NCBI RefSeq assembly: GCF_056712565.1 | Contig: NZ_CM160072.1 | Direction: 5' to 3' (one strand) | Length of the DNA: 64,000 nt | Part shown: positions 11,426-22,487 of the stretch, one piece after another | How positions within the stretch are numbered: position 1 is the first letter of the stretch | Layout of the letters: the number at the start of each line of letters is the position of its first letter | The notes under the pieces: generated by a model | Seen by the model: the letters and a program-made list of their open reading frames with translations, nothing else | What the model was told of the DNA's origin: nothing | Databases searched by the model: none | Program-made: the position numbers and the translations under genes

Positions 11426-12565
11426 TTACCAGTTATGAATGTCGCTGGCTGTATCCGTCATGTAACGGACACCGCTAATAGTTGGCAGCAACTGATTGAT
11501 CAGACGGTTCCAGCGGGAAACCGGGGCGGTGGTGACATACACCACGTCATAAGGTTGCAGGCGGAATTCTGTCGCCATCACCAGCGACGTGGCATCGGAC
11601 ATATCCAGCTGGTAGATATTGGCAATCTTGCCATTACGCCCGCCCTCGCCTTTCAGCGGACGAATGACAAAGATGCCGCTGGCGTTGGAGGTGGTCATGT
11701 CGATGCCTTCAGCATTGCCCAGGGCTTCAGTCAGGGTCATGCCGCTAAAGTCCATTTTCAGGGTGCTCTGTTTCTTCACTTCACCCATCACAAATACTTT
11801 CAGATCATCATTACGCGGCACGTAAAGAATATCGCCGGGGTAAAGCAGTCGGTTCTGATTGAGGTCGCCGTTTTGCATCAGCGCCTGCAAAGAAATGCGC
11901 TCTTCACGACCATTGTGTGTTAGCACCACGTTGCGCCAGTCAGCGGTATCAGTCAGGCCACCCGCGGCGTTGATGGCATCGAGAATGGTCAGTGGCACGT
12001 TGGTGATCGCCTGTTGGCCGGATTTATTCACCTGTCCGGAGATATAGGCCTTTTGTGAGCGGAAGGCGGCGATATTAACGTCCACCTGCGGGTCAGCGAT
12101 GTACGTCGCTAAGCGCCCGGTAATATCACTGCGGATTTCAGCGAGCGTTTTCCCCACGACGTGAACCTTGCCGATATACGGGTAGAACATGGTGCCGTCA
12201 GGCTGTACCCAGTTGCCGGTGTCGCTGGAGCTGCGGTACTGACCAGCTGGCGTGGTGAGTTCCGGGTGATCCCAGACGGTGACATTAAGAACGTCCCCCG
12301 GCCCGACGCGATACTGATAATTCGCGATCTCACTTTCCAGCGTCATATTGGGGCGCGCTACGTTGGGGCGTGGGCGTAATTGATCAATCAGGCGCGGGGT
12401 CAGCGGATAAACATTCACCATTTTGTCGAGATCGAAATCAGCGTCCTGCTGTTTGATGACGTCTTTCCCCATCGTCGACATATTGCTGCCCGGAAGTACT
12501 GTGCAACCGCTTATCAAGGTTACTGACACCAATAATGGCATCAATTTCATTTTGGATTTCATCAT
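11426..12565 (-). CDS. wza: Outer-membrane polysaccharide export lipoprotein Wza
   Basis: 379-aa ORF; lipoprotein signal LISGC; first gene of the capsule operon. Confidence 0.92.
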   Translation of the reverse strand: MMKSKMKLMPLLVSVTLISGCTVLPGSNMSTMGKDVIKQQDADFDLDKMVNVYPLTPRLIDQLRPRPNVARPNMTLESEIANYQYRVGPGDVLNVTVWDHPELTTPAGQYRSSSDTGNWVQPDGTMFYPYIGKVHVVGKTLAEIRSDITGRLATYIADPQVDVNIAAFRSQKAYISGQVNKSGQQAITNVPLTILDAINAAGGLTDTADWRNVVLTHNGREERISLQALMQNGDLNQNRLLYPGDILYVPRNDDLKVFVMGEVKKQSTLKMDFSGMTLTEALGNAEGIDMTTSNASGIFVIRPLKGEGGRNGKIANIYQLDMSDATSLVMATEFRLQPYDVVYVTTAPVSRWNRLINQLLPTISGVRYMTDTASDIHNW

Positions 12566-12743
12566 TGTTTATTTATCACTTTGGCAGAGTAATTATCCTG
12601 TGCACTATTAATAGCAATGTCGCCATGCACATTTACCTTGCAGTTAATTGAATAAAAATTTAACTGGCATCAGTCCTAAAAAAATTGATTTCATCCGCAG
12701 GCTATTGACAGAATAATTCAGACTGGTCTTTCAGGCATCCAGA

Positions 12744-12755
12744 CACGCTACCGCC
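12744..12755 (-). promoter_or_regulatory. ops element (GGCGGTAGCGTG) within JUMPstart, RfaH-dependent antitermination site in the wza leader
   Basis: Plus strand reads cacgctaccgcc at 12744..12755, i.e. GGCGGTAGCGTG on the wza strand, ~180 nt upstream of the wza start. Confidence 0.75.
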
Positions 12756-12968
12756 CCTGGCTTTTTAGCTACCAATACACTGATTTAGCTTAATTTTTAA
12801 AACCCTCTCAACATACAGTCGTTGATGAGAAAGGGTTATTGCGGAAATTAACTTCCGAATATAAGGTGACATTATGGTAATTGAATATTGGCTCTCCAAT
12901 AATGCAGGAGGAAGTGTTACAGCTAACGGAATAGCAGGCAAGGTAACAATTCGGCAATTGGCTATTTT

Positions 12969-12982
12969 TAAGAATTATATTA
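12969..12982. promoter_or_regulatory. Possible RcsAB-box-like sequence upstream of wza (taagaattatatta)
   Basis: Loose resemblance to the RcsAB box consensus as I recall it; location in capsule promoter region. Confidence 0.25.
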
Positions 12983-13223
12983 AGTGTCATTCAATATGGT
13001 TTTTAGGAGTTTCTTTAGGTTGACAATATTTAATATAGTGTCTCCACATGCGATATTTCTTAAATAATGTTTTATTATTACCACTTTTAATTCAGGGATA
13101 ATGTGAGGTTATTACCCTCAAATAATATGAGATAAATAGTGCTGCAACATTGCATTTTTGCCCCGATTTATCCATGATCGAATTGTGACATTTGTCATAC
13201 AACGAATAGGTTTTGTACTTACT

Positions 13224-14807
13224 ATGGAATGGATTGCCGATCCGTCTATCTGGGCCGGGTTAATCACGCTGATTGTGATCGAACTGGTCCTCGGCATTGA
13301 TAACCTGGTCTTTATTGCCATCCTCGCCGAAAAACTACCGCCGAAGCAGCGCGACCGCGCACGGGTTACCGGGCTGCTGCTGGCGATGTTAATGCGCCTG
13401 TTACTGCTGGCGTCAATCTCCTGGCTGGTCACCCTGACTCAACCGCTGTTCAGCTTCCGCTCGTTTACCTTTAGCGCCCGCGATTTAATCATGCTGTTTG
13501 GTGGTTTCTTCCTGCTGTTCAAAGCCACGATGGAGCTGAACGAACGGCTGGAGGGGAAAGACAGCAATAACCCCACACAACGCAAAGGTGCGAAGTTCTG
13601 GGGGGTGGTGACACAAATTGTGGTACTGGACGCCATCTTCTCACTCGACTCGGTGATTACCGCCGTCGGGATGGTCGACCATTTACTGGTCATGATGGCC
13701 GCCGTCGTTATCGCTATCAGCCTGATGTTGATGGCCAGCAAGCCATTAACGCAATTTGTTAACAGTCACCCGACGATCGTTATTCTCTGCTTAAGCTTCC
13801 TGTTGATGATTGGCTTTAGCCTGGTGGCAGAAGGTTTCGGCTTCGTCATTCCGAAAGGCTACCTGTACGCTGCTATTGGTTTCTCGGTGATGATCGAGGC
13901 GCTCAATCAGTTGGCTATCTTTAACCGGCGACGTTTTCTTTCCGCTAACCAGACGCTGCGCCAGCGGACTACCGAAGCGGTAATGCGCCTGCTTAGCGGG
14001 CAAAAAGAAGATGCGGAACTGGACGCCGAAACCGCGTCTATGCTGGTGGATCATGGTAACCAGCAAATCTTTAATCCGCAGGAACGGCGGATGATTGAGC
14101 GGGTACTTAATCTTAACCAGCGCACCGTCAGCAGCATTATGACGTCGCGCCACGATATTGAGCATATCGATCTCAACGCACCGGAAGAAGAAATCCGCCA
14201 GTTGCTGGAGCGAAATCAGCATACGCGGCTGGTGGTTACCGACGGTGATGACGCAGAAGATTTGCTCGGTGTTGTTCACGTTATCGACCTGCTACAACAG
14301 TCTCTGCGCGGCGAACCGCTCAACCTGCGGGTGTTGATTCGCCAGCCGCTGGTGTTCCCGGAAACCTTGCCGTTGTTACCTGCCCTGGAGCAGTTCCGTA
14401 ATGCCCGCACGCACTTTGCTTTTGTAGTGGATGAGTTTGGCTCGGTGGAAGGAATTGTGACATTAAGTGACGTCACTGAAACCATTGCCGGTAACTTACC
14501 GAACGAAGTGGAAGAGATCGACGCCCGCCATGATATTCAGAAAAATGCGGACGGTTCCTGGACGGCGAATGGTCATATGCCGCTGGAGGATCTGGTGCAA
14601 TATGTGCCGCTGCCGCTGGATGAAAAACGTGAATATCACACCATTGCCGGGCTATTGATGGAATATTTGCAGCGTATTCCAAAACCTGGCGAAGAAGTTC
14701 AGGTGGGGGATTATTTGCTTAAAACGTTGCAGGTGGAAAGCCATCGCGTGCAGAAGGTGCAAATTATTCCGCTACGTAAGGATGGCGAGATGGAGTACGA
14801 AGTGTGA
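13224..14807 (+). CDS. yegH: Inner-membrane TerC-family / CBS-CorC-domain protein YegH
   Basis: ORF 13158..14807; start set at [34 protein letters not shown]; TM N-terminus, CBS-like C-terminus. Confidence 0.85.
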   Translation: MEWIADPSIWAGLITLIVIELVLGIDNLVFIAILAEKLPPKQRDRARVTGLLLAMLMRLLLLASISWLVTLTQPLFSFRSFTFSARDLIMLFGGFFLLFKATMELNERLEGKDSNNPTQRKGAKFWGVVTQIVVLDAIFSLDSVITAVGMVDHLLVMMAAVVIAISLMLMASKPLTQFVNSHPTIVILCLSFLLMIGFSLVAEGFGFVIPKGYLYAAIGFSVMIEALNQLAIFNRRRFLSANQTLRQRTTEAVMRLLSGQKEDAELDAETASMLVDHGNQQIFNPQERRMIERVLNLNQRTVSSIMTSRHDIEHIDLNAPEEEIRQLLERNQHTRLVVTDGDDAEDLLGVVHVIDLLQQSLRGEPLNLRVLIRQPLVFPETLPLLPALEQFRNARTHFAFVVDEFGSVEGIVTLSDVTETIAGNLPNEVEEIDARHDIQKNADGSWTANGHMPLEDLVQYVPLPLDEKREYHTIAGLLMEYLQRIPKPGEEVQVGDYLLKTLQVESHRVQKVQIIPLRKDGEMEYEV

Positions 14808-14881
14808 TAAAACATCAAATGCGCAGGTTCAAACTGCGCATTTGATTTATACAAAATTTAGTATAATCTAAGGATGGAGTA

Positions 14882-15220
14882 ATGAGAAAAAAGCTGGCTT
14901 TTCTTGATACCAGTCTTGACGATTTACGCGCATTTCCAGAATCGTCTCGACAGGAAATTGGCTATCAACTCGACAGGATCCAACAAGGGTTAAACCCATA
15001 CGACTGGAAACCTTTTTCAACTATCGGCCCTGGTGTGCGAGAGATTCGTACTCGCGATGCTGATGGGATCTATCGCGTCATGTATATCGCAAAATTTGAA
15101 GAAGCGGTTTACGTATTGCATTGTTTTCAAAAGAAAACACAGACTACCAGTCAATCGGATATTGATTTAGACAAACGACGCTATAAAGAACTTGTTCAGG
15201 AGCGGAAAAATGAAAATTGA
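14882..15220 (+). CDS. Type II toxin, RelE/ParE superfamily (HigB / Gp49-like)
   Basis: 112-aa ORF with ...GIYRVMYIAKFEEAVYVLHCFQKKTQTTSQSDIDLDKRRYKEL, typical of Gp49-like RelE/HigB toxins; immediately followed by an HTH antitoxin gene. Confidence 0.7.
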   Translation: MRKKLAFLDTSLDDLRAFPESSRQEIGYQLDRIQQGLNPYDWKPFSTIGPGVREIRTRDADGIYRVMYIAKFEEAVYVLHCFQKKTQTTSQSDIDLDKRRYKELVQERKNEN

Positions 15221-15500
15221 AACCTTTGATAGTGTGTGGGATGCGGTGAGTGACACCCCTGAACAAGCGGAAAATATGCGGATCCGTGCCGAACTTGTAA
15301 CGATCATTAATAACTGGATTGAACAACAAGGGTTTAGCCAGGCTCAGGCAGCGTCTGCTTTAGGGGTCACTCAACCTCGCATATCTGAACTTGCCAGAGG
15401 TAAGATCCAGATCTTTAGTATCGATAAATTGATCACCATGATGGCTCATGCAGGATTGCATATTCAACGTATTGAAATTCAATATCCACATGCTGCTTAG
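15210..15500 (+). CDS. XRE-family HTH antitoxin (HigA-like)
   Basis: Start chosen at MKIETFDSVWDAVSDTPEQAENMRIRAEL with GGAG Shine-Dalgarno; HTH motif QAQAASALGVTQPRISELARGK; overlaps toxin 3' end by 11 nt. Confidence 0.7.
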   Translation: MKIETFDSVWDAVSDTPEQAENMRIRAELVTIINNWIEQQGFSQAQAASALGVTQPRISELARGKIQIFSIDKLITMMAHAGLHIQRIEIQYPHAA

Positions 15501-15552
15501 TGCTATAAATACAGATGGCGACAAATTGACGCCGCCATCTGCATAACTTGTC

Positions 15553-17406
15553 TTACATCTTCTCCAGCAACTTCTTCACATCTTTGCCATTGCGGGAATC
15601 TTTATTCCGCTCGGCCCAGTCATTCAGGCGACGTTTCGCTTCGTCCTGTAGATGTTTGCGCAGTAACTGATCCACTTGCAGGCTGTAATTGAGTTGCTGC
15701 CAGTTGCCATAAACCCGCAGCGGTACTGGCGTTTCTTTGAGGAAATCAATCAGTTTGCTTTCTCCGTTCCAGCCACCAATCACACGAATGTCAAACTGGG
15801 TGTCGCAGGTTTGATCTGCCAGATTCAACATGCCTTCCCCTGTCAGCGCCAGCACTGGCGATTGACCTTGCATGTCGTTTAACGTCACGACGCCATCCTT
15901 CAACGTCAAATCGGTGGTAAAGCGGTCAAGACGCGTCACGTTATCAAAGTTTTCAGCGGCCTTCACATCACCACCATTACGTTCTACCGCTTGCTGAATC
16001 ATCTGCTGGAAGTTCATCCCTTCCATGCGTGTGTCGGTCATTTCGACATGTGCCTGTCCTTGCCAGTTGTGGCGGAATGCGTCGGCATCTATGTCAGCAC
16101 CGGAGAAATCACCAGCCAGTGACATCTTTCCGGTCAACGAAATCGGATAGTTAAACGCCTTCAGAATGGTACCAATCTCAACGTTTTCCAGCCGTGGCTG
16201 GAAGTTTATCCGCGGATTTATTGATGTCGCGTCCAGCGTGCCCGGCAGCGAAACCTGTCCACCGTTAAGCTTGCCCTGCAGTTGAGTAATTTCCAGCAAA
16301 CCCGACTTGTTGGTCATTTGCGTGGCAACGTCTGTAAAATTCATTCCGCGCCAGCGCACGTTACTGGCCTGCAACAAAATATCAGCCGTAAAGCCATGCA
16401 ATCCCTGATAGGCCGGTTCATCAATACGCGAAGAAATGACCGGGCGCGGCAACGTGGATTGGCTCTGCCCTTGCTGCGCGGCACCGTTTTCACCGTTCGC
16501 TGTTTCTTTAAGCGGGATGAGGTTGTCAAGATTCAGTTGCGGGAATTGCAGTCTCAGCTGCCATTCCGGTTTCTCTGTCAACGTGACCTGTGCTTGCCCG
16601 CTCAGCGTACTGTCATTGGCGGTCAAACTAATTTGGTTAAATGAAAGGCGTTTATGTGACTCCTGCCACTGGGCCTGGAAACTCCCCTGCCCCTGAATAC
16701 CTTGTTTTGGTAAATCGGCACCCTGCAACTGCCAGTTAATTTGTTCAATAGCCGCCGTTAAATCATGCGGATAATCAGAAGCATCTACCGTACCGTTAAG
16801 GGATATCGTGAGGTCGCGCTGATCGCGATTAACCCGCCCGGAGAACTCAAATGAGCCACGATGTTGGGGATCTTGTTCCATTTGCAGGCGGATATTGCGG
16901 ATTGTCACCTGCTCGTCATCTTCATGCTGGAACACCAGCACGCTGTCCGCCATCTTAAGACTGGATATATCAAACGACCATCCGCGATCGTCTGACAGAT
17001 CCGGCAAGGTATTGTCGCGCGGTGCAACCGGAGCGTCTTCACTGCGCACCGCTTCCGTCTGCGGCGTCAGTTGGATCACAGCCCCTTTTAGCATCACCTG
17101 CTTAACGCTCAGTTGATGACTCAGTAGTGGTAAAAGCGCCACGTCCAGACGCATGTTGTCGGCGCGAACCAGTGGCTGGCTCGCGCCCTGGGCGGTGAGA
17201 GACATTCGCCCGGAGAGGATACTAAGCTGCGGCCAGACGTGCCAACGCAGTGGCCCGTCGAGCTGCAATTGATAACCGCTACGTGCAGCAACTTGCTTGA
17301 CCATATAGTCGCGGAAATCATTCGGATTCACCAGCAACACTAACGCAGATAACCCGGCCACCAGCACGACCAGGAGTATCATCAGCGTCGTCAGAAATCG
17401 TCTCAT
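15553..17406 (-). CDS. asmA: Outer-membrane assembly protein AsmA
   Basis: 617-aa ORF MRRFLTTLMILLVVLVAGLSALVLLVNPNDFRDYMVKQ. Confidence 0.9.
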   Translation of the reverse strand: MRRFLTTLMILLVVLVAGLSALVLLVNPNDFRDYMVKQVAARSGYQLQLDGPLRWHVWPQLSILSGRMSLTAQGASQPLVRADNMRLDVALLPLLSHQLSVKQVMLKGAVIQLTPQTEAVRSEDAPVAPRDNTLPDLSDDRGWSFDISSLKMADSVLVFQHEDDEQVTIRNIRLQMEQDPQHRGSFEFSGRVNRDQRDLTISLNGTVDASDYPHDLTAAIEQINWQLQGADLPKQGIQGQGSFQAQWQESHKRLSFNQISLTANDSTLSGQAQVTLTEKPEWQLRLQFPQLNLDNLIPLKETANGENGAAQQGQSQSTLPRPVISSRIDEPAYQGLHGFTADILLQASNVRWRGMNFTDVATQMTNKSGLLEITQLQGKLNGGQVSLPGTLDATSINPRINFQPRLENVEIGTILKAFNYPISLTGKMSLAGDFSGADIDADAFRHNWQGQAHVEMTDTRMEGMNFQQMIQQAVERNGGDVKAAENFDNVTRLDRFTTDLTLKDGVVTLNDMQGQSPVLALTGEGMLNLADQTCDTQFDIRVIGGWNGESKLIDFLKETPVPLRVYGNWQQLNYSLQVDQLLRKHLQDEAKRRLNDWAERNKDSRNGKDVKKLLEKM

Positions 17407-17427
17407 GGTATCCTCAATGGGCCTGAA

Positions 17428-18009
17428 TTAGTCTTTATCGATTCGGCTAGCTACCGCGCCCTGCTGGTTGCGATATTTCGCATCTTCACGGCGGTTGTAA
17501 GGTCGCGCCGCCGGGCCGGAAAGCGGCTCAAAGCTCAGCGCACCAATTAACATGCCCGGACGCAGCGCCAGCGGCAGCTTACCGGAGTTGTAGAACTCCA
17601 GCACAATGCAGCCAGACCAGCCCGGATCGATGCGGTGCGCGGTGACGTGCACCATCAGCCCCAGACGCGCCAGTGAAGAACGCCCGTCCAGCCAGCCCAC
17701 CAGATCGGCTGGCAGCGTCACCGACTCCAGCGTCACCGCCAGCGCCAGCTCTCCTGGGTGAAGATAGAACGCCTCGCTTTCATCGAGAACGATCTCATCG
17801 CTCATCACGCGGTCAAGCGCGGCGCTCACTTCATCTTTGGGACCGCTCAGATCGATAAACGCTGCCGTGTGACCACGGAAGGTACGAAATTTATTGCCCA
17901 GGCGCACATCCACCGTCGCGCCGTTAATACGCTCCACTGGCGGACGTGGGTTGATCGACAAACGGCCTTCATCAAGCCAGGCTTCAATATCTCGGTCACA
18001 CAGACGCAT
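17428..18009 (-). CDS. dcd: dCTP deaminase
   Basis: 193-aa [26 protein letters not shown]. Confidence 0.95.
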   Translation of the reverse strand: MRLCDRDIEAWLDEGRLSINPRPPVERINGATVDVRLGNKFRTFRGHTAAFIDLSGPKDEVSAALDRVMSDEIVLDESEAFYLHPGELALAVTLESVTLPADLVGWLDGRSSLARLGLMVHVTAHRIDPGWSGCIVLEFYNSGKLPLALRPGMLIGALSFEPLSGPAARPYNRREDAKYRNQQGAVASRIDKD

Positions 18010-18100
18010 GGCATTTTCTCCTTTCGCGCATCACTCCCTTAACGCCAATTACGTCAAGGGCATACCAGGTTATCACTGAACGGTACACAATTTATCAAGC

Positions 18101-18742
18101 TTATTCAAAGAACTGACTTATTTTCGCTTTCAATATATCGATGGCGATGCGGTTTTTCCCGCCGCGCGGCACGATAATGTCCGCATATTGTTTAGAAGGC
18201 TCAATGAATTGCAGAAACATCGGGCGCACGGTTTTTTGATATTGCGCCATCACTGAATCCATTGAACGCCCACGCTCGTTAACGTCACGCTTGATGCGGC
18301 GCATCAGGCAGATATCCAGCGGGGTATCAACGAAAATTGAGAAGTTAAGTTCGTCACGCAAACGCGCATCCGTTAGCAGCAAAATGCCTTCGAGAATGAT
18401 GACTTTCTTCGGCTCAACCGTCACCGTTTCTTTCATACGCGTATGTTCAACATAGCTGTAAACCGGCAGGTCAATTGCCGAGCCGCGTTTCAATGCTTGT
18501 AAATGCTCAAGCAGCAGGCTGTGATCCATCGCGCTGGGATGGTCGTAGTTGGTCTTAACGCGTTCTTCCATCGACAGATGGCTTTGATCTTTGTAATAGC
18601 AGTCTTCGGGAATTACGCCGATGTGTTCATCACCGACTTGCTCACGTAATTCACGATAAAGGGTACTGGCAATAAGACTCTTGCCGGAAGCCGATGCGCC
18701 AGCGATACCGATAATGACGCACTGATGAGACTGATCAGTCAT
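18101..18742 (-). CDS. udk: Uridine/cytidine kinase
   Basis: ORF 18101..18805; start set at [23 protein letters not shown] (P-loop). Confidence 0.93.
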
Positions 18743-19059
18743 ATATTTAGCGACCTGATTAACCTGGATGTTAGGAAGGGGGCGACGAAGCGCCAAACGC
18801 GGCAATTATAGGGATTTCATCCGCCTGATACCAGTCGAATAGCGTTGCCGCGCGCTCAGAGTTAATTGTTGACGAAGAATTCCCGGTGGCAAATTACGTT
18901 GATCAGTTTTATACAAGGTAAAAATTGTTATACACAGTTGCGCAAATTATCCGCCTTTACGTCACTTTATGAGCAATTCGCATATAAAATGTAAAACTTT
19001 TGTACTAGCATAAACACAGAAACGAATACTGGCGACCTGGTCTTGCGGATAAAGCGGTA

Positions 19060-22000
19060 ATGAGCAAACAATCACAGCATGTATTAATTGCCCTGCCCCA
19101 CCCGCTGCTTCACCTGGTCAGTTTAGGTTTAGTCTCGTTTATCTTCACCCTTTTCTCACTTGAGCTTTCGCAGTTTGGCACCCAACTCGCCCCACTGTGG
19201 TTCCCGACGTCCATCATGATGGTGGCGTTTTATCGCCATGCCGGGCGCATGTGGCCGGGGATTGCGCTGAGCTGCTCGCTGGGAAATATCGCCGCATCCA
19301 TCCTGCTTTTTTCCACCAGCTCGCTGAACATGACCTGGACGACCATCAATATTGTTGAAGCCGTGGTCGGGGCAGTGCTACTGCGTAAATTGCTGCCGTG
19401 GTATAACCCATTGCAAAATCTGGCTGACTGGCTGCGTCTAGCACTCGGCAGCGCCATTGTTCCACCTCTGTTAGGGGGTGTTCTGGTTATCCTGCTGACG
19501 CCCGGAGACGATCCTCTCAGGGCATTTTTGATATGGGTACTGTCAGAATCCATCGGCGCACTGGCACTGGTGCCGCTGGGATTGTTATTTAAACCACACT
19601 ATCTGCTGCGCCATCGCAACCCACGGTTGCTTTTTGAGTCGCTGCTCACGTTAGCCATCACACTGACGTTAAGCTGGCTTTCGATGCTGTATCTGCCGTG
19701 GCCTTTTACTTTCATTATTGTGCTGTTGATGTGGAGCGCCGTGCGCCTGCCACGAATGGAAGCCTTTTTGATCTTCCTTACCACGGTGATGATGGTGTCA
19801 CTGATGATGGCCGCTGATCCCTCCCTGCTTGCTACGCCGCGTACATACCTGATGAGCCATATGCCGTGGCTACCGTTTTTGCTGATCCTGCTGCCCGCCA
19901 ACATCATGACCATGGTGATGTATGCCTTTCGTGCGGAACGCAAACACATTTCCGAAAGCGAAACCCGTTTTCGTAACGCCATGGAATATTCCGCCATCGG
20001 CATGGCATTAGTGGGCACCGAGGGGCAATGGCTGCAATCCAACAAAGCACTCTGCCAGTTTCTCGGTTACAGTCAGGAAGAGCTGCGCGGACTCACCTTT
20101 CAGCAACTGACCTGGCCGGAGGATCTCAATAAAGATCTCCAACAGGTTGAAAAGCTGATCAGCGGTGAAATAAACACCTATTCAATGGAAAAACGCTACT
20201 ACAACCGCAATGGCGATGTTGTCTGGGCGTTGCTTGCCGTCTCACTGGTGCGCCACACGGATGGCACGCCGCTCTATTTTATCGCTCAGATTGAAGACAT
20301 TAACGAGCTAAAACGCACCGAACAGGTGAATCAGCAACTGATGGAGCGCATCACGCTGGCTAACGAAGCGGGCGGGATTGGCATCTGGGAGTGGGAGCTG
20401 AAGCCGAATATTTTTAGCTGGGATAAGCGGATGTTCGAGCTGTATGAAATTCCTCCGCATATCAAACCGAACTGGCAGGTGTGGTACGAGTGCGTGCTGC
20501 CGGAAGATCGCCAACACGCCGAAAAAGTGATTCGTGATTCGTTGCAATCACGCTCGCCCTTTAAACTGGAATTTCGCATTACCGTGAAAGACGGCATTCG
20601 CCATATCCGCGCCCTCGCTAACCGGGTACTGAATAAAGAAGGCGAAGTCGAACGCCTGCTCGGCATTAATATGGATATGACCGAAGTGAAACAGCTTAAC
20701 GAGGCATTGTTTCAGGAAAAAGAGCGCCTGCACATAACGCTGGATTCCATCGGCGAAGCCGTGGTCTGTATTGATATGGCAATGAAAATTACCTTTATGA
20801 ATCCGGTGGCGGAGAAGATGAGCGGCTGGACGCAGGAAGAAGCGTTAGGTGTTCCGCTCCTGACGGTGTTGCATATTACTTTTGGCGACAACGGACCATT
20901 AATGGAGAACATTTACAGTGCCGACACCTCACGTTCCGCGATTGAACAAGATGTGGTGTTGCACTGCCGAAGCGGCGGCAGCTACGACGTGCATTACAGT
21001 ATTACGCCGTTAAGTACTCTGGACGGCAGCAATATAGGCTCGGTTCTGGTGATTCAGGACGTCACCGAATCACGCAAAATGCTGCGCCAGCTGAGCTACA
21101 GCGCCTCCCATGATGCACTGACGCATCTCGCCAATCGCGCCAGTTTTGAGAAGCAACTACGCATCCTGCTGCAAACGGTAAACAGTACGCATCAGCGACA
21201 TGCCCTGGTGTTTATCGATCTTGATCGCTTTAAAGCGGTGAATGACAGCGCCGGGCATGCGGCGGGCGACGCTTTACTGCGCGAACTGGCGTCGTTGATG
21301 CTGAGTATGCTGCGCTCCAGCGACGTGCTGGCGCGACTCGGTGGCGATGAATTTGGTCTGCTGCTGCCAGATTGTAATGTCGAAAGTGCGCGTTTTATCG
21401 CTACACGCATTATCAGCGCCGTGAATGACTATCACTTTATCTGGGAAGGACGTGTACATCGGGTAGGTGCCAGTGCCGGGATTACCTTGATTGATGACAA
21501 CAATCATCAGGCGGCTGAAGTGATGTCGCAGGCTGATATCGCCTGTTATGCCTCCAAAAATGGTGGACGGGGCCGGGTGACGGTTTACGAACCGCAGCAA
21601 GCTGCCGCACATAGCGAACGGGCGGCGATATCGCTTGATGAACAGAGGCGGATGATTAAAGAGAATCAGTTGATGATGATCGCCCACGGTGTCGCTTCGC
21701 CGCGGATCCCGCAAGCGCGTAATTTGTGGCTGATTTCACTTAAGCTCTGGAGTTGCGAAGGCGAGATTATTGATGAACAAACATTTCGTCGTAGCTTCAG
21801 CGATCCGGCACTTAGCCATGCTCTTGACCGACGGGTATTCCACGATTTTTTCCAGCAGGCCGCAAAAGCGATTGCCAGTAAAGGCTTAAGCATCGCCCTC
21901 CCCCTTTCCGTTGCCGGTTTGAGTAGCGCCACGCTGGTGAATGAACTAATTGAGCAGCTGGAAAATAGCCCTCTACCACCACGGTTATTACATCTGATTA

Positions 22001-22377
22001 TTCCGGCAGACGCGATTTTAGATCACGCAGCAAGCGTGCAAAAACTGCGGCTGGCGGGATGTCGGATCGTATTCAGTCAGGTGGGCCGCGATCTGCAAAT
22101 CTTCAACTCGCTGAAAGCAAATATGGCAGATTACCTGCTACTTGATGGTGAGTTATGCGCCAGCGTGCAGGGTAATTTGATGGATGAGATGCTGATTACG
22201 ATTATTCAGGGGCATGCTCAGCGACTCGGGATGAAAACCATCGCCGGGCCAGTCGTTTTACCCTTAGTGATGGATACGCTTTCGGGCATCGGCGTCGATC
22301 TGATTTATGGCGATGTGATTGTCGATGCCCAACCGCTGGATTTGCTGGTGAATAGCAGTTATTTCGCGATTAACTGA
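19060..22377 (+). CDS. dgcE: Diguanylate cyclase DgcE (YegE): membrane sensor N-terminus, PAS repeats, GGDEF, C-terminal EAL-like region
   Basis: 1105-aa ORF; hydrophobic N-terminus; RLGGDEFGLLL GGDEF motif. Confidence 0.9.
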   Translation: MSKQSQHVLIALPHPLLHLVSLGLVSFIFTLFSLELSQFGTQLAPLWFPTSIMMVAFYRHAGRMWPGIALSCSLGNIAASILLFSTSSLNMTWTTINIVEAVVGAVLLRKLLPWYNPLQNLADWLRLALGSAIVPPLLGGVLVILLTPGDDPLRAFLIWVLSESIGALALVPLGLLFKPHYLLRHRNPRLLFESLLTLAITLTLSWLSMLYLPWPFTFIIVLLMWSAVRLPRMEAFLIFLTTVMMVSLMMAADPSLLATPRTYLMSHMPWLPFLLILLPANIMTMVMYAFRAERKHISESETRFRNAMEYSAIGMALVGTEGQWLQSNKALCQFLGYSQEELRGLTFQQLTWPEDLNKDLQQVEKLISGEINTYSMEKRYYNRNGDVVWALLAVSLVRHTDGTPLYFIAQIEDINELKRTEQVNQQLMERITLANEAGGIGIWEWELKPNIFSWDKRMFELYEIPPHIKPNWQVWYECVLPEDRQHAEKVIRDSLQSRSPFKLEFRITVKDGIRHIRALANRVLNKEGEVERLLGINMDMTEVKQLNEALFQEKERLHITLDSIGEAVVCIDMAMKITFMNPVAEKMSGWTQEEALGVPLLTVLHITFGDNGPLMENIYSADTSRSAIEQDVVLHCRSGGSYDVHYSITPLSTLDGSNIGSVLVIQDVTESRKMLRQLSYSASHDALTHLANRASFEKQLRILLQTVNSTHQRHALVFIDLDRFKAVNDSAGHAAGDALLRELASLMLSMLRSSDVLARLGGDEFGLLLPDCNVESARFIATRIISAVNDYHFIWEGRVHRVGASAGITLIDDNNHQAAEVMSQADIACYASKNGGRGRVTVYEPQQAAAHSERAAISLDEQRRMIKENQLMMIAHGVASPRIPQARNLWLISLKLWSCEGEIIDEQTFRRSFSDPALSHALDRRVFHDFFQQAAKAIASKGLSIALPLSVAGLSSATLVNELIEQLENSPLPPRLLHLIIPADAILDHAASVQKLRLAGCRIVFSQVGRDLQIFNSLKANMADYLLLDGELCASVQGNLMDEMLITIIQGHAQRLGMKTIAGPVVLPLVMDTLSGIGVDLIYGDVIVDAQPLDLLVNSSYFAIN

Positions 22378-22487
22378 GGGAGCGTTTGCCCCATTGCCTG
22401 ATGCGACGCTAACGCGTCTTATCATGCCTACAAATCGCTCATTCCCCAGGCCGGATAAGGCGCTCGCACCGCATCCGGCGACCAACG

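Noticed and set aside
12808-12990. 60-aa minus-strand ORF in the wza upstream region
   Set aside because: Lies in the AT-rich capsule promoter/leader containing the JUMPstart element; no ribosome-binding site; likely non-coding.
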